Below, piece after piece: positions 1-13,694 of a stretch of 64,000 nt of DNA. The stretch spans positions 71,424,001 through 71,488,000 of the forward strand of contig NC_042998.1 of the NCBI RefSeq assembly GCF_006345805.1, given 5' to 3'. Made by a program: the position numbers and the translations under genes. How positions within the stretch are numbered: the first letter of the stretch is position 1; each line of letters starts with the position of its first letter. The DNA is from Octopus sinensis (Eukaryota). Below the pieces are notes generated by a model, which did no database searches, had not been told where the DNA came from, and saw nothing but the letters and a program-made list of their open reading frames with translations.

Positions 1-461
1 ATTGAAAGCAAATAACGAAACAAAAGGAAATAAACAAAGGCAAAACACAAAGGCGAGCAGACACGCATGCAAAATACATATACGTACAGAGAGAAGCACA
101 AAACAAACACCGAAATGCATACACACGCATCCGCACACTTTTGAACGAACCTCGTTCAGATATTTCTTAATTACTAAATGTTGATATATTGAGCATAACA
201 AAATAGTAAATGCGTAAAAAAAAAAATTACTGAACCCCACTACGTTTAATATTCAATGACAGTAAATGATTTGTTTGTCAATAAACATAATGGATACTAC
301 ATTAACATCTGAAATAATACATTAATCATATGTTGCAATGTTTTGATAAGAAATACGGTGCTGAGCATAAAAATAATATGACTTAAGTGAGCAGCTATAA
401 TTGTAAATATGGAAGAGAGAAGGGACATACATGTACCTACACATATATCATAACATCGCTG

Positions 462-529
<68 letters not shown>

Positions 530-546
530 TCTACTACTACTACTAC
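462..546. repeat. (CTA)n microsatellite
   Basis: Near-perfect CTA trinucleotide run; explains the poly-Leu ORF 387..596. Confidence 0.97.
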
Positions 547-1247
547 GTGAGACCAGATATTCTGCTCCAAATATTAGGCAACGACTTACGTTATAACAAT
601 TGAAGATCTGAAAACGCTTGTGAGTGTAGTTAACTCAAATAATATTGAAGTTGCCAAATTTCTTTTAAAAATCACACTATCACTCTATACAACATGCTTC
701 ACAGAATATTTTTTGCAAAATTAATACGCAAAATCGGAGTGGTTTCCCTTCCTACCTTTTCCCCAAAACTGATCTTGTTACCAAAATCAGTCTGATCTAG
801 AAATTATGAATCATTGTTCAATGCCCGTTTGATTAAAGATCTCCGTTTGGCATGTCTATCAGTACTTACAAGCAAAAATAAACAGTCCACAGGGAGGTTT
901 CCTTCTGGTCGCTTAATATTTTTTCATTAGATTTCCAGTTTGATTTATTTTTCTGATATGTTACGTCTAACTTCATTTCTTTTTGTTTTTTATTGATCTT
1001 ATAGCTGTCAATCACGCAGCAAAGAAATATAGAATAGTAGGTAAGAGGGTGTTAGAACTTATTAAGGAATCAGTTTGATTTAACTTAGAGGCATAAAATC
1101 TTTCAGATGATGGTTCAAATCAGACGATTTCGTAACTTTACATGGCAAGGAAGTCACAATGAACACCTTGTGTGTACCGGGAGGAAGATCACGTTGAAAA
1201 CCTTACTGTGATTGCATGACTGATTTCCTATACATCACACTTCATTC

Positions 1248-1264
1248 ATATATATATATATGTG

Positions 1265-1356
<92 letters not shown>

Positions 1357-1469
1357 CGTAAGCACATAAATGTGAAACAAGTACTCGGATACCAGAGGTA
1401 GGGTGATATGCTTCATTGATAAATCTGAGTAATAGTTTTTTCTGATATCCTTGCAGCTTTATTAATAAA

Positions 1470-1526
<57 letters not shown>
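1248..1526. repeat. (TA)n microsatellite interrupted by a ~115 bp dispersed-repeat fragment (1354-1470)
   Basis: TA runs at about 1248-1353 and 1471-1526. The insert begins taagcacataaatgtgaaa...agtactc..ataccagaggtag, which recurs at about 32370-32415, also just after a short TA run. Confidence 0.8.
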
Positions 1527-1530
<4 letters not shown>

Positions 1531-1639
1531 CCTTTCAGTGGCGTGCGGTGGCTTTTGCATTGGCTGTGCTGCCACACCCAATGCCACCAAATTTTAAGCA
1601 TCAGTATAACAAATGTTTTCCATTATGATTTGGAAATTA

Positions 1640-3570
1640 GTGAGCAGCTTGAATATTTATATTGAATTTGGCATTGTCGATGGATGCCTAGCGCAAACCT
1701 GGAATATACAACCCTGATATATACATATAGAGTAAGTGATATTCAGCCTAACCAGGGGAAACAGCATATTGGACCTCTGCTACACAAATGATGTGCAAAC
1801 TATCGATAATGTGAAGGTGACACCAACTGCACTCTCAGATCGCAACATTGTTGAACTATGTGTGGTCCTAAACGAACTGTTGGAATCTGCCCTATGAGGA
1901 GGACGCACGTCTTATCTAGACTGAATTTCAATAAGGCAAAATGGAAATCAATCTGAGAAGTAATCCACAAACGAGACTGGTTCAACATTCAATGCATGCA
2001 AAAGATTAATTTGAAACTCAGTCAGTTTATATCAACAGTGCAAGTAATACCCCAGAAAGAAAGGCCAGCATGCCGACGAACAAGATTCCCAGGGATATAT
2101 AATTTCTTATGGGATGAGGTTCAAAGGTCTCAAAGCGACTGAATAGGCAACTGAAGGGTAGGGAACAGTCTTAATACGGACACACCTAGAAATCAAAAAC
2201 AACGTCAAAATCTCTCACAAAATCATAAGAGCATGGAGGGAGGACAGAGCTGTGGAAAACGCAATCAAATCCAAAATCGTTCTATATATTCGCAAAGGAA
2301 ACAGACACAATACAATATAAAATGGGACTATTGTTCAGAGGGAATGACTCACTGCCCGCAGACCTAGGAAAGATAAGTGAGATACACAATGAACAATTTA
2401 AAACTGTCTTCAATTCCACGATTGGACGCATGCATATAAAAGACCCGATTGAATTCTTTAATATTGCAACTCTAAGAAAGGTAAAGCCAGCCATCGATTA
2501 CTTCAGCATTGAGGAGACATATGTAACAACGGATATAGATGAAATGAGCTCATGCTCTGCAACTGGACCTGATGGCTTCTCGGCTATTCTCCTTAAGTCA
2601 TGTAAGCAGGCTTTAGCATAACCACTTCAGATAATATTTCAAATCTCCTTGCGAGTGGTAAACGTTCTAAAAATCTGACAGAAGTGGGACTAAATAAACA
2701 AAATGCAGTTTAATACTAGAAAATCTCAAGCACTGCACTATGAACTCCCGAATGCACTACAGCTGGCATATAAAGGACCCCAAGGTACTACCATCCCAGA
2801 GTCACAGACAATGAAAGACCTACGGATCAATATATGCCACAGCGCATCTTTTTATATTTACATTACCACGATGGCAGCAAAATGCAGACAACTGGCAGGA
2901 TGTATACGGGGATCCTTCAAGACAAGAGACTAAGAAACTATGTTGACCCTGTGGAGAACCTTTGTTCTCAGACGCCTGGTCTACTACTCCCAGTTATGGT
3001 CACTACATAGTGCGAAACTAACGCCGCGACTTGAAGCAGTCCAACGACACTACACTAAAATGATTGAAACACTACGACGGATGAGCTACACTGATAGGCT
3101 GAGAAAACAGCAACTTTACTGCCTAGAGCGAAAGCGCGACAGATATGTCATAATCTACATATGGAAAACTCTAGAAGGCCAAGTACTAAATTTCGGCATT
3201 GTTATTTTATATAAATCCCAGAACTGGCCGCCACAGTATTGTACCAAAGGTACCATATACTCCATCGAAATTCAGGACCAATTACTGCAATCGCCTACGG
3301 TTCAAAGGCCAACAACTCTTTAATGCCGTGCCACAAAAAGAAAGCAATATGTATACGGTGGAAGTAGAGGTCTTCTAAAAGGAACTAGACGTCCTCCTCT
3401 CCTCAATACATGATGAACCAACAGCCCGACATGAAGTACAGTCAAGGGCAGCAGATTCAACAACTGGGACGAAGATTAGTACAGTGAAACACCCCTGACG
3501 GAGGAAATCAGAAAGACCGTGGTGGTACACCAGCATCACCGCAGCCTCATGGCTGAAATGAGTTAAAAGT
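1640..3570 (+). mobile_element. Decayed CR1-group LINE (APE remnant, RT N- and C-terminal parts, RT core deleted)
   Basis: Translations SATGPDGFSAILLKSCKQALA (2322..2621), MQFNTRK (2703) and LVYYSQLWS...LEAVQRHYTKMI...YCLERKRDRYVIIYIWK (2940..3323) match CR1-type ORF2. Many frameshifts and stops; 3' terminal motif at about 3520-3570 followed by TA repeats. Confidence 0.88.
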
Positions 3571-3603
3571 GTATATATATATATATATATACATATACAT
3601 GTG

Positions 3604-3643
<40 letters not shown>

Positions 3644-3761
3644 TACACATATATATGTATATATATATGTGTGTGTGTGTGTGCGTGTGTATGTATGGTG
3701 TGTACATTTTAGTATTAATGACCTAGATAATCACACAATTGAGTAAATGCAGTAGAGAGAC

Positions 3762-3794
<33 letters not shown>

Positions 3795-4269
3795 TAGTCG
3801 GGGAGTGGGAGAGAAAGAAAGAGAATATAGGATAGAGGGCGAGAACGAGGAAGAGAAAGTGAGCATTGCTAGGGAAGAAAAAGAAAGTAAGAGTGTATGC
3901 AGGGGAAAGATGCAAATTGTATGGAGGAATTGAAAAATTCTAATATGCAGACAAATAGAACAGGTGCCTATTTACTTCCTGTATGTTTTTCCTAGCAACG
4001 CGTACTTTCTCTTCCGTATTTTATCTCCCTCTATCCTATATTCTCTTTCTTTCTCTCTCACTCCCTGACTCGCTCTCCCCCGCTTTTGCTCAAGCAAATA
4101 TGAGTAAACTGAAGGACCAACCAGTTAGGAAATTCGATTGCCTTACTTACTGGAGCTTACAGTTACTCTTCTACCTGTTCAAGTTTAGTTTAAATCTCTT
4201 GAGCACTGCGAAGTGTATTCTATATAGAAAACGCCTGTTTCCAAACTATAAACTATACATACCTAAATA

Positions 4270-4461
<192 letters not shown>

Positions 4462-6160
4462 AAAAGGAATGAAGAAAATGCTGACAAATAATTGAAGTAA
4501 TTTAAGTAATTTAATTAGGTGAAAGTTCTTTTTACCGGTTGCGCATTTGTTATGCTTATCAAAATATAAAAGAGAGATTAGAGTCTGTCTCTTATATGTG
4601 AAAAAAAGAGGCTCCAGAGTTGTTTTGGATTTGCTTGGTTTCGCGCCTAAAATTTTGATTGGTCATTATGAAGGGGTCACGTGAATGTTTGAATGGAAGT
4701 TGGTGTTGGGGTAAGAAAAAAGGCTCCAGAGAAGTTAAAATTTGGCTAGTGTCCCGCCTAAAATTCTTATTGGCCATAATAAAGAGGTCACGTGAATGTT
4801 TAGAATTTTCGAAAATAGTGTTGTTGAAAATTCTTATTGTTCAGGCTGGTCAGTAGACGTCATGCGGATATTTTAAATAGCTTTTTAGCGCGTAGTTAGG
4901 GAGTGTATTTTCCGCTTGACTGGATAAGTAAGTTCGTTTAGAACAGGGAGAGCTGTATGTATGTATGTGTGTGCGCGCGCGCGCGTGTGTGTGTTTATAT
5001 GTATGTTGGGGCGCGCGCGCGTGTATATATGTGTATGTGTGTGGGTACAATTTTCAATATTTATAGTTCTGCTGGCCTTGTGCCTGTATCGGGAAGCAAC
5101 GTATTTGTGTGAAGTCAATATTTACAGCCATTTCCAAAAAATAGTGTTGGATGTTTTGCACCCGTATTCAATTATGTGTATGTGTGGAACCATATATTTG
5201 TGTGTGTCATGGTGTTAATATCTGGGTAAAGGTGTGTGTAGGGTGTGTGCAGGTGTAAGTGTGTTTGTTGTGGGTTCGTGTTAGGGGCATGTGTTTAGAA
5301 GTGGTCTGTATTTATTAATAAGGTGGGATTCCATGGTTATTCGTGGGTGTGAGTGGCATTGTCTTTAATTTGTAGAGGGGAAAGATTCTAAAATTGGGAT
5401 GGAGTTGTGCGGCACAGATATCAATATGTGCACTAAATGCTATTTTTCTATATTCCTGTATTTTTATTTGGGATCTATGGACAGTCATGCGTTGGCGGAG
5501 GCTATTTTTTGTTTGGCTATGTATGTTCATTACAGCCCGAGCAAGTTAAGACATATACTAGGTTTTCTGATGCGCATGTGAAGTTGTGTTTTACTGTGAC
5601 GTGTCCTTGTTTAAAAAGGAATTCCGGACCTTCTATTAGGTTGATGCATATACCACAGTTGGGTCTATTGCATTTGTTTACTGTGGGTTTAGTTGTTGTG
5701 GTTGGCAGTACTTTGGCATTTGTTAGGATGGTTTTCAATGATTTGGGTTGCCTTTTGCTCTTTATGATTTCGTGTGTTAGGAGGATTTGGTTCATTCTAT
5801 GGTCCTTTTGTAATACAGGAATGTTCTGGAGGATGGTGTCAAAAGCTTCATTGTTGAGGGGGTTGTGTGTAGAGATGTATGGTAGAGTATGGGGTTTCGA
5901 TGTAACAGGTTTAGGGCGTCTAAGTTCCTGCGTGCTGAGTTTTAGGGCGCGTTGGATCCCATTGTCAATAGTGACGTGGGGTAATCCCTGCTTGTTAATG
6001 TGCCCTTGAGTTCTTGTAGACGTAAGAGACGGGTGTTTTTATTGGAGACTATAGTGCAAATTCTCTTGGCTAAGTTGTAGGGAATGTTAATTTTAACGTG
6101 TCTAGGGTGGCATGAATTGAAAGGGAGGTAAAATGTATTGTCAAACATGAAGTGGTTATT
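4462..6160 (-). mobile_element. Penelope-like element remnant (RT thumb, Cys-rich linker, GIY-YIG endonuclease, non-coding 3' region)
   Basis: [29 protein letters not shown] (RT C-terminus); CNRPNCGIC...FTCASENLVYVLTCSGCNE (linker and GIY half); frameshifted QTKNSLRQRMTVHRSQI...SAHIDIC (YIG half). Flanked by (TA)n on both sides. Confidence 0.9.
4528..4568 (-). ncRNA. Degenerate minimal hammerhead ribozyme relic at the PLE 3' end
   Basis: Minus strand reads UUGAUAA-gcau-aacaa-augc-GCAA-CCGG-UA, the layout of CUGAUGA/stem II/GAAA/palindromic loop/UH with three core substitutions. Confidence 0.45.
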
Positions 6161-6181
6161 ATATATATATATATATGTGTA

Positions 6182-6282
<101 letters not shown>

Positions 6283-7671
6283 GATACACACATACATATA
6301 TATCTTAAGATGGGAAATTACAAGAATTTTCTAGCCAACTTTTGCCATTCTACTCCATCGATTTATTAGAAAGGTATATTTCTTTCGTTCACCTTTAAGT
6401 GATTGTAGTAGCTTTAAGAATCTCCCTCGCCTGAGATGTATAGAATGAGAGAAAGATATCCGAAGTTCTCATCTTAGGTACTAAAGAACATACCACTCCT
6501 TGCTCTATATTCTCAATATATCGTTAATTGATATTTCTTAGTTTAAAATCTGTAGTTGTCTCCTGTTCTCATTTTGATCAGAATTAGTAATTAAACCAGA
6601 AGTTTATACACCTTATCACAAGTGTAATTTGATATTCATTTAATTTTGTAATTCTGTGTCGAGATCGACAAGTAAATTTATTGCACACTAAAGCTTCACC
6701 TTTTTTAATAATATACGCGCTTTTACATCATATTTTCCAATATTTATTATCATTAATTTTTCATTTTCCTGTTTTCATATTTCAATTTTCTTTATTCTAA
6801 CTATAGAATTTAAGTATAATAGATGTCCTTAGTGATTTCCCTCTTTGACATCATGTTAAGCTGTCACAGTTTTAAGCATTTGTTCATTAATAATGTATAT
6901 ATCTTTCATTCACCTAAAGATATTGACAGTACTGTTAACTGGGGGCAATAATGTAGATAAACGAATACGTAAAGTCATTAAGTTTGTCAGTGCAGACGAC
7001 AGATGGACGTTAATTATACATCAGAAGTGGGAAATATTAAAATGCATGCCTTTTAGAAGAAAGGAACGTTACTTTCATAATTAAATTAAAAAAATGTCAG
7101 CAAATTGATATTGAATCTGTAATTTTATGTCATTTCACAAAACGCTTTCATTTACTTCAAGTTGTTCTCTCTCATATCATACATTATCAAAATGTGCAGT
7201 TTTGCCCTAGTTATCGTAAAGTAATAATGCTTAATTATATCATGAAGTTGTTGTTCATAATGTAATTAAAATCTAATTAGTGTCATACGTTATTTCGTCA
7301 CGACTAATTGTGCATAGCTGAATTATTTCTCTCCACACGTTTCAATAGATATTGTATAAAGTTTAACCAGTACGAACATTGACATTTACCATGATTAAAT
7401 TATAATGATAATTGATTCAGATATGAATCTAACACCATAAGGGAGTATTTATTGTCTAAAAATGACTTTGCACTATCATAAGATAGAGATAGTGTATATC
7501 ACGTTTGCACAAAGTGATGAAAGCAACGATAAAATGTCTAAGGAATAACAAAATTAACACTACATCATATAATATATAATTCTGTTCGTACTATTGCAAT
7601 CGGAGCTATATTTATGAATTATGATCATTTTCTTATCTTCAGGATCACATTATGCAATGTATGTATCGTTT

Positions 7672-8115
7672 GCAGGAGTGGCTGTGTGGTACGTAGCTTG
7701 CCTACCAACCACATGTTTCCTGGTTTATCGGCAAGTGTCTTCTACTATAGGCCCAGGTCGACCAAAGCCTTGTGAGTGGATTTGCTAGACGGAAACTGAA
7801 AGAAGGCTGTGCTGCAGCATGGCCACAGTCAAATGACTGAAACAAGTAAAAGAGTAAAAAGGAGTATGTGTGTATGTGTGAGTATGTGCGTGTGTGTGTG
7901 TGTGTTTGTGTGCCTGTGCTTGTCCCCCCAGCATCGCTTGACAACCGAAGCTGGTGTGTTTGCGTCCCCATAACTTAGTGGTTCGGCAACTATTGCCGAT
8001 AGACCGATAGAATAAGTACTAGGCTTACAAAGAATAAGTTCTGTGGTCGATTTGCTCGACTAAAGACGGCGCTCCAGCATGACCGCAGTCAAATGACTGA
8101 AACAGGTAAAAGAGT
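7672..8115 (+). mobile_element. tRNA-derived CORE-like SINE, rearranged (3' tail present twice)
   Basis: Head ggagtggctgtgtggt, ggcaagtgtcttctactatag core, internal TG repeat, and tail cagcatggcc.cagtcaaatgactgaaaca at about 7815 and 8075. Same family as 23437-23826. Confidence 0.9.
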
Positions 8116-9964
8116 ACTGTGACATGAGATTTAAAAAAATTGGTGACAACTTTTCGCATAATCGTGTAGAGGTGCATAGGTTTTAAAGACTCCGCACCGG
8201 CTATATACTATGCCGGTCGAATTGTATGCATGCTTAGATAAATGTCATTCCAGTTTTGAACATGGAAAACATTGAGTGCTGTAAGCCAGCTTTCCATAAA
8301 CGTATTCTTATGATGGAGTACTCATTCGACTTAGAAAACCAGTCTGGAATTCATGTAATATTCATAGAGAATCTCACCATTTAACGAAGAAAAACGTGTA
8401 TAGGAATAGGATTTATTACATAAAAACGATGTTATATTATTTTGAAAGCACCGTTGTTTATAAATAAGTTTTCATCAAACCTATTATATTTTATTAAAAG
8501 ACATCATATCTCACGAAAACCTATAATTTTTTTTTTCGCGGAACACAGTTTGAACGATGTTTGTATAAGCAACACTATGTACCTTCTTTTGATTTGTCAT
8601 TTGATCTCATTACTTGCATTAATATATGTATTTACTGAGTACTACACTGCAATAACATTAAATGAATGAAGATGACCTAGATATGCACACAACATGTTGG
8701 ATAGCATATTTCTTTTACATTGTTATTTACGTCTCTTTAAAAATAAAAAAAAGAACAACAAAACAAAACAAAATACTCAGCAAGATTAAAATAACTGTGA
8801 ATGTTTGCCGGCATAGATTTTTGGTAACAGTGGTTTCTTGTTTGACAAATACTACTGATTATGCAGGAGATATTTATAAAACTGGAAAGTGCACTCAATT
8901 CAGTAATCCGATAAAAGTATCCATTAACACTGTAGAATACGTAAAAGGAAAGAATTGATATGAAGTGAAGAATTATTTAGTTTGAGATTATACTTTACAA
9001 CTACATCCTTCTATTTCAGCTTCACGAGACGCTATGTTTTAGTTTGCATAAGTTTCCAAATTAATCCTATTTGAAATAATTTTATAAATACTTGTGTGTG
9101 TGTGTGTGTGTCTCCGTTTCCATGTGTGTGTGTGTGTATGTGTGAATTATTTCTATTCCCCGAATTTTCAAGCAGATTACACTTTTGTCAATAATTCTGC
9201 ACTGTGAATATGTGATATCTGCGTGCGAACATGTGATTGGATATTAAAGAATATGGAAATTGTATTCATATATATTGAACTCACGTTTAAAAAAAATTAA
9301 ACTAAACTCTGCCATTATTGAAAGCGTTGGCGATTGTTAGTGTTATTATCTATTGAACCTTGAATTTGTATTAACCATATAAATGTCCCTGACAATTCAC
9401 AGCTAATATAAATACAATTTTTCAAAGCATGAGAATAAGAGAAATGCTTAATTTTTGTATTTTTTACCCTTTGAATCGAGAAAAGTACTGTGCTTTTAGA
9501 ATCGTAAGAGTGTCGGAAAGAATGTCTCTCTTTGTTTCAGCTCTTCATCTCGTAAGTTCTAAGCTTGCCAAGGACATCTTTGTGTTTCATATGTTCGAAG
9601 CCAGTCAAAATGCACAAGCTAGGTTTGATATGCAAAGGCTAGGTTCGATATAATCGAATAACATCTTTTCCCCAAATAGTTACCTTTATGTCGAAAACAG
9701 AAGCACCATTTACATTGACACAATATTTCGAGGGGATGGCTTTTCAGTTATCATAACTTGCCACTTTCCTGTACAAACATATATTACTAGCTACTGCCAC
9801 AATCTATCCAGTTATCTTGTAATGATTGAATTACGATGGGACTAAATCTAGGTATGCTACGGTACAGGTGAATGTGATATAAATAAAGTATTTATGAGAG
9901 CGACTACCATAAGTTTAGAAATATCGGTTTCTAATCAATATATATATATATATATATATATATA

Positions 9965-10170
9965 CGGTTAATCCAAACAAGAAAGCACAAAAAAACACAA
10001 CGCAAGGACGTGGAACAAATATAGTATTATTGGACGCTCAGGAAAGAGGGAAAGAAGGAGGGTTTAACGTTTCGAGTGGAGCTCTTCGTCTGAAATATAA
10101 GAGAAGGAAAGATCCAGAGAAGGGAAGACAGAGGGAAAAAAGTCACCAACGGTACACACGCGGTCACATA
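9965..10170 (-). mobile_element. Short PLE-terminal-like fragment abutting (TA)n, containing a hammerhead-like motif at 10061-10097
   Basis: Minus strand: uuu-CAGACGA-A-gag-cucca-cuc-GAAA-CG-UU-aaac, which resembles minimal PLE hammerheads with an extra A; one core substitution. Confidence 0.6.
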
Positions 10171-10669
10171 TTACTCAAAGGAATTCCAACTCTGTTTTTC
10201 ATGTTTTATTTATAATCATATAATAAGATATGGTAACAATAAATGCAAATAAAATATTAAATGTCCATTCTTATTAAACTAGTAATTTGTTTGGCATTTA
10301 TGCAATCCTCGGGTACTATTGGTTGGGATGACAGTTGTGTTCATTGGTTTCAACTCGTTTCTTTATTAGCCACAAGGACCCAACACAAGGGGGGTAAACA
10401 AGATCAGACAGGACACCACAGAGGAGACAATACATAAAACGTATATGAATGAGATGATTATATAACAACGAGGTTATGAATGATTGCATGCGCTCCTCAT
10501 GACATGTGGTACCATTAATCTTAACTGTGGTTGACTGGTTAAATTTTGTCCTTTTGATAGAAGTAGTAGTTGCTTGGTGTTTTTTTTAGAAATGATGCCA
10601 TACCATTTTTCAGTGTTTATTTTTAGAAATGATGACAGCAGTGCTTAAATAAGATGATTTTTTTCCATT

Positions 10670-10832
10670 GTTTATTAAGCTTGGGTTTGAATCTATTAAT
10701 AAAGTCCTTTTCTCTTAGTTTTCTCTCGATTTCGTTCGGATTTTATAGTTTATGAAATGGAATATTTTCCGGCTACATGTTGCGAGATGGTTACCCAGCG
10801 GTATTTGGCGGACTTCTGGACTTTTAAATGTG
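10670..10832 (-). mobile_element. PLE GIY-YIG C-terminal remnant
   Basis: Minus strand reads (with frameshifts) PLGNHLATCS...ERKLREKDFINRFKPKLN, typical of the end of a PLE ORF. Confidence 0.65.
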
Positions 10833-11529
10833 ACCGGAGAGAGGGCTAGAGAGAAAGGAAGAGAAAGAGAGAAGGAGAGAAAGAGAGATGGAGTGATAGA
10901 GAGATAGAGATAGTTAGATGGATAGATAGAAAGTTCAATCTATCGATTGATAGATATACACACACCAATTATAAGATGGTATGCATTCCTGTTGTCACTA
11001 TTCTAGAACAATATTAACGAATGATGACGGTCTTATTATAGGCTAAGGGGAAGCTGTTTATAACCCTGAGGTACTTGTCGACGGCGTGGACATGTTTTAG
11101 CATTGTAACGAAGTTAGACGATCTTGCAAAACTTTCGAATACATTCTGCAGTTCCATCGTTGGGTAAATCATGTCTGACTTTTATTTCACCTGTCTAAGA
11201 ATAAGTCTTCTATTCCAAAGAATTAGAAGGATATGTTGTGTTTTTATGTAGGTCCCAAATGAAAATACTTTTGGGTATATACAAGTCTTAACAAGATAGT
11301 ATCAGTTGCACTGAGCAGGACAACTTACATTTGTGACATATGCTTTTCCCACGAAGAGTACACTAAATGTATAAATTGAGATATTAGTTTCCCATTAAAA
11401 GGATATATATTTTTAGCTTCTCAATTTTAATATAGCATATTTTGTTCAATGCTTTAATATTATTAGGCGATATATGAATAAGTTGACAATTTCTTAGACA
11501 CATTTCTTTTTTTCACATTTCTCATCTTA

Positions 11530-11885
11530 TGTCATCTATCATCTTGTCCCATTTAGTCCTAGAATGTCGTATGTCAACTGATTTTGCCCTTAAAATCTGC
11601 CCAGTGATTCTTTACCGAAACATTTTTAATACACGTCTGTAAAATCGGAGCTGTGATATCTCAGTTCAAGAAATTGCGGTTCTAGGCAGGGCGCTTCTCT
11701 GATTTCCGAGGACTCTTCTTCTCAGCCTCATATATTCGCGATCTTATTCTTTCGGCCATTACCAAGGGTCAATGACCATAGATAAGAGTATGTACAGAAA
11801 CCGAAATGAAGGTAGCGAGCTTTGCTTTTACACTTACATTACATCATCGGAAGACCGAATGCTGAGTTTCGCGCATTACTGCCAA
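11530..11885 (-). mobile_element. RTE-clade LINE RT C-terminal remnant
   Basis: Minus translation AVMRE...SVKAKLATFISVSVHTLIYGH*PLVMAERIRSRI resembles the RTE LSxKAKL...PTLTYGHExWVMTERxRSR segment. Confidence 0.7.
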
Positions 11886-12829
11886 ATCTGAACTCTTTGT
11901 TCTTTCGAATTTAAGTACGTAACTGTTCAAACATATGTATTAAAAATGTTAGCGTTGTTATGAATATACAAAGCAAAAATAACTCTGTAATGTTTTTCCT
12001 CTACAGTGAAGTCAATCTAGTTTCAGAATTATTATCGATCATGTAATGCATTCTCTTATCAATGATTTCTCCAACGAAGTCAAAGAAACTAGTGTAAATA
12101 TTCTTAATTTCTGAGAGGTACATCTGCTTTATGATATTGGTAACAAGCGAGGTTATACTAACCCAAACGAGAACTAACAATATATTAATATAAATTCTAG
12201 CCACACGACAATATATAAACACTTAGATATACTATTAGGAAAGAGAAAATTAGCTCAAGGAGGTCTTAAAAGATATTGACTTCAAACAGAAACTACTTTA
12301 GATGAACATCCACACTAATATTCACATAAACTAAGAAAATATTAGCGTAAGAAAGTTTGTTTTAATGTTACTAGGATATTACCAAACTTTGTACATAAGT
12401 ATTTCTCTTTTGACTAATGATGTTATAATAATATTAACTTGAAATTGTGTCAAGGCGAAATACATGTGCAGCAAAAATATTCGCCTAAATAACGACTGTA
12501 AACAGATGAAGCATTTGCTAATACGAACATAAAAAATGTATTTTCATTTTGCGAAAGTGCAATGCACAAGCAATTTGCTTTCTTTACAGAACGCGTATTT
12601 TGAAAGCATTACTGTGAATAACTATGAGTAATACTGCAAATAACAGTGAAAATGAAAGCATGTTCGACATAGATCAAATATATATATGCACACAGGAATC
12701 CAGAAGGAATATAGAATTTACCAATTACAATCCAGTGGAATAGATTATCACAATGGATGTCACAAGGAAGTTTATTATTCTGAAAAAAAAAAAACCCTTT
12801 GCAATAACATTATTTTAGTATTTAAAATG

Positions 12830-13120
12830 GGTGAGTTATGAAACAAAAGATCCTATCTTCTGTATAGGACGACCCAGGATGTCTTTCAAACTTGAAACCT
12901 TGCTTCAGTATTTTTTCAGTAGCGTTCCAATGTTGACCCAAAACTCTTTTCGATAATTCCTTTCAAATATGTTGGGGAAATTATCAGCTACTAATTGGAT
13001 AAAATAGTGTGTATGCAAAGTGAGGAACTTATTCCCTAATGAAAATGGAATCATAAAAAAAAAAGAGAAAGAAAGCATGTTTTCATCAACACAAATAAAA
13101 AAAACAAACTTTAGTAACAT
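12830..13120 (-). mobile_element. Possible hAT (Charlie/Buster-like) transposase C-terminal relic
   Basis: ORF 12905..13120: MIPFS...FIQLVAD...KEFWVNI loosely matches the NPF...LIEL..D...EFW pattern near the hAT dimerization domain. Weak. Confidence 0.33.
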
Positions 13121-13549
13121 TATTCACCTTCCTCGCAATCATGTTTATTTCAAAGGTGATAGTGTAGTACTGCATCTGATAATTCCTTACATAAATATGT
13201 TACGCATTTCCTATCGGTTTTGAGGAAACTAATCAAAGCTGCAAAACTGGAAGACTAATAATATTTCAGCGGTTAGACGAATACATTTGCAGACTTTATA
13301 CACACACACACAAACACAAACACAAACAAACACGCGCGTTAATATATACATAAATTAATGTATACACGCATACACGAACAGACGCACAGACACACACAAG
13401 CATACACACATACATGTCTGTTGGTACGTGTGCGTGTGTGTGTGCATGTGTGTGTATCTATACATTAATTTATGTATATGTTAACGTGTTGCTTGCCAAC
13501 TTCAATCATTTGAATAAAACACAAAATGAAACCCTGTGTTGCAATTCAA

Positions 13550-13602
<53 letters not shown>

Positions 13603-13645
13603 GTGTGTGTATGTGCATATATATATGTATAAGTATGTATGTATA

Positions 13646-13694
<49 letters not shown>

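Noticed and set aside
5437-6009. 190-aa hydrophobic plus-strand ORF
   Set aside because: Antisense shadow of the minus-strand PLE ORF.
12001-12222. Minus-strand ORF with a TM-like stretch
   Set aside because: There is an in-frame stop right after the nearest acceptor-like site and no recognisable family motif.
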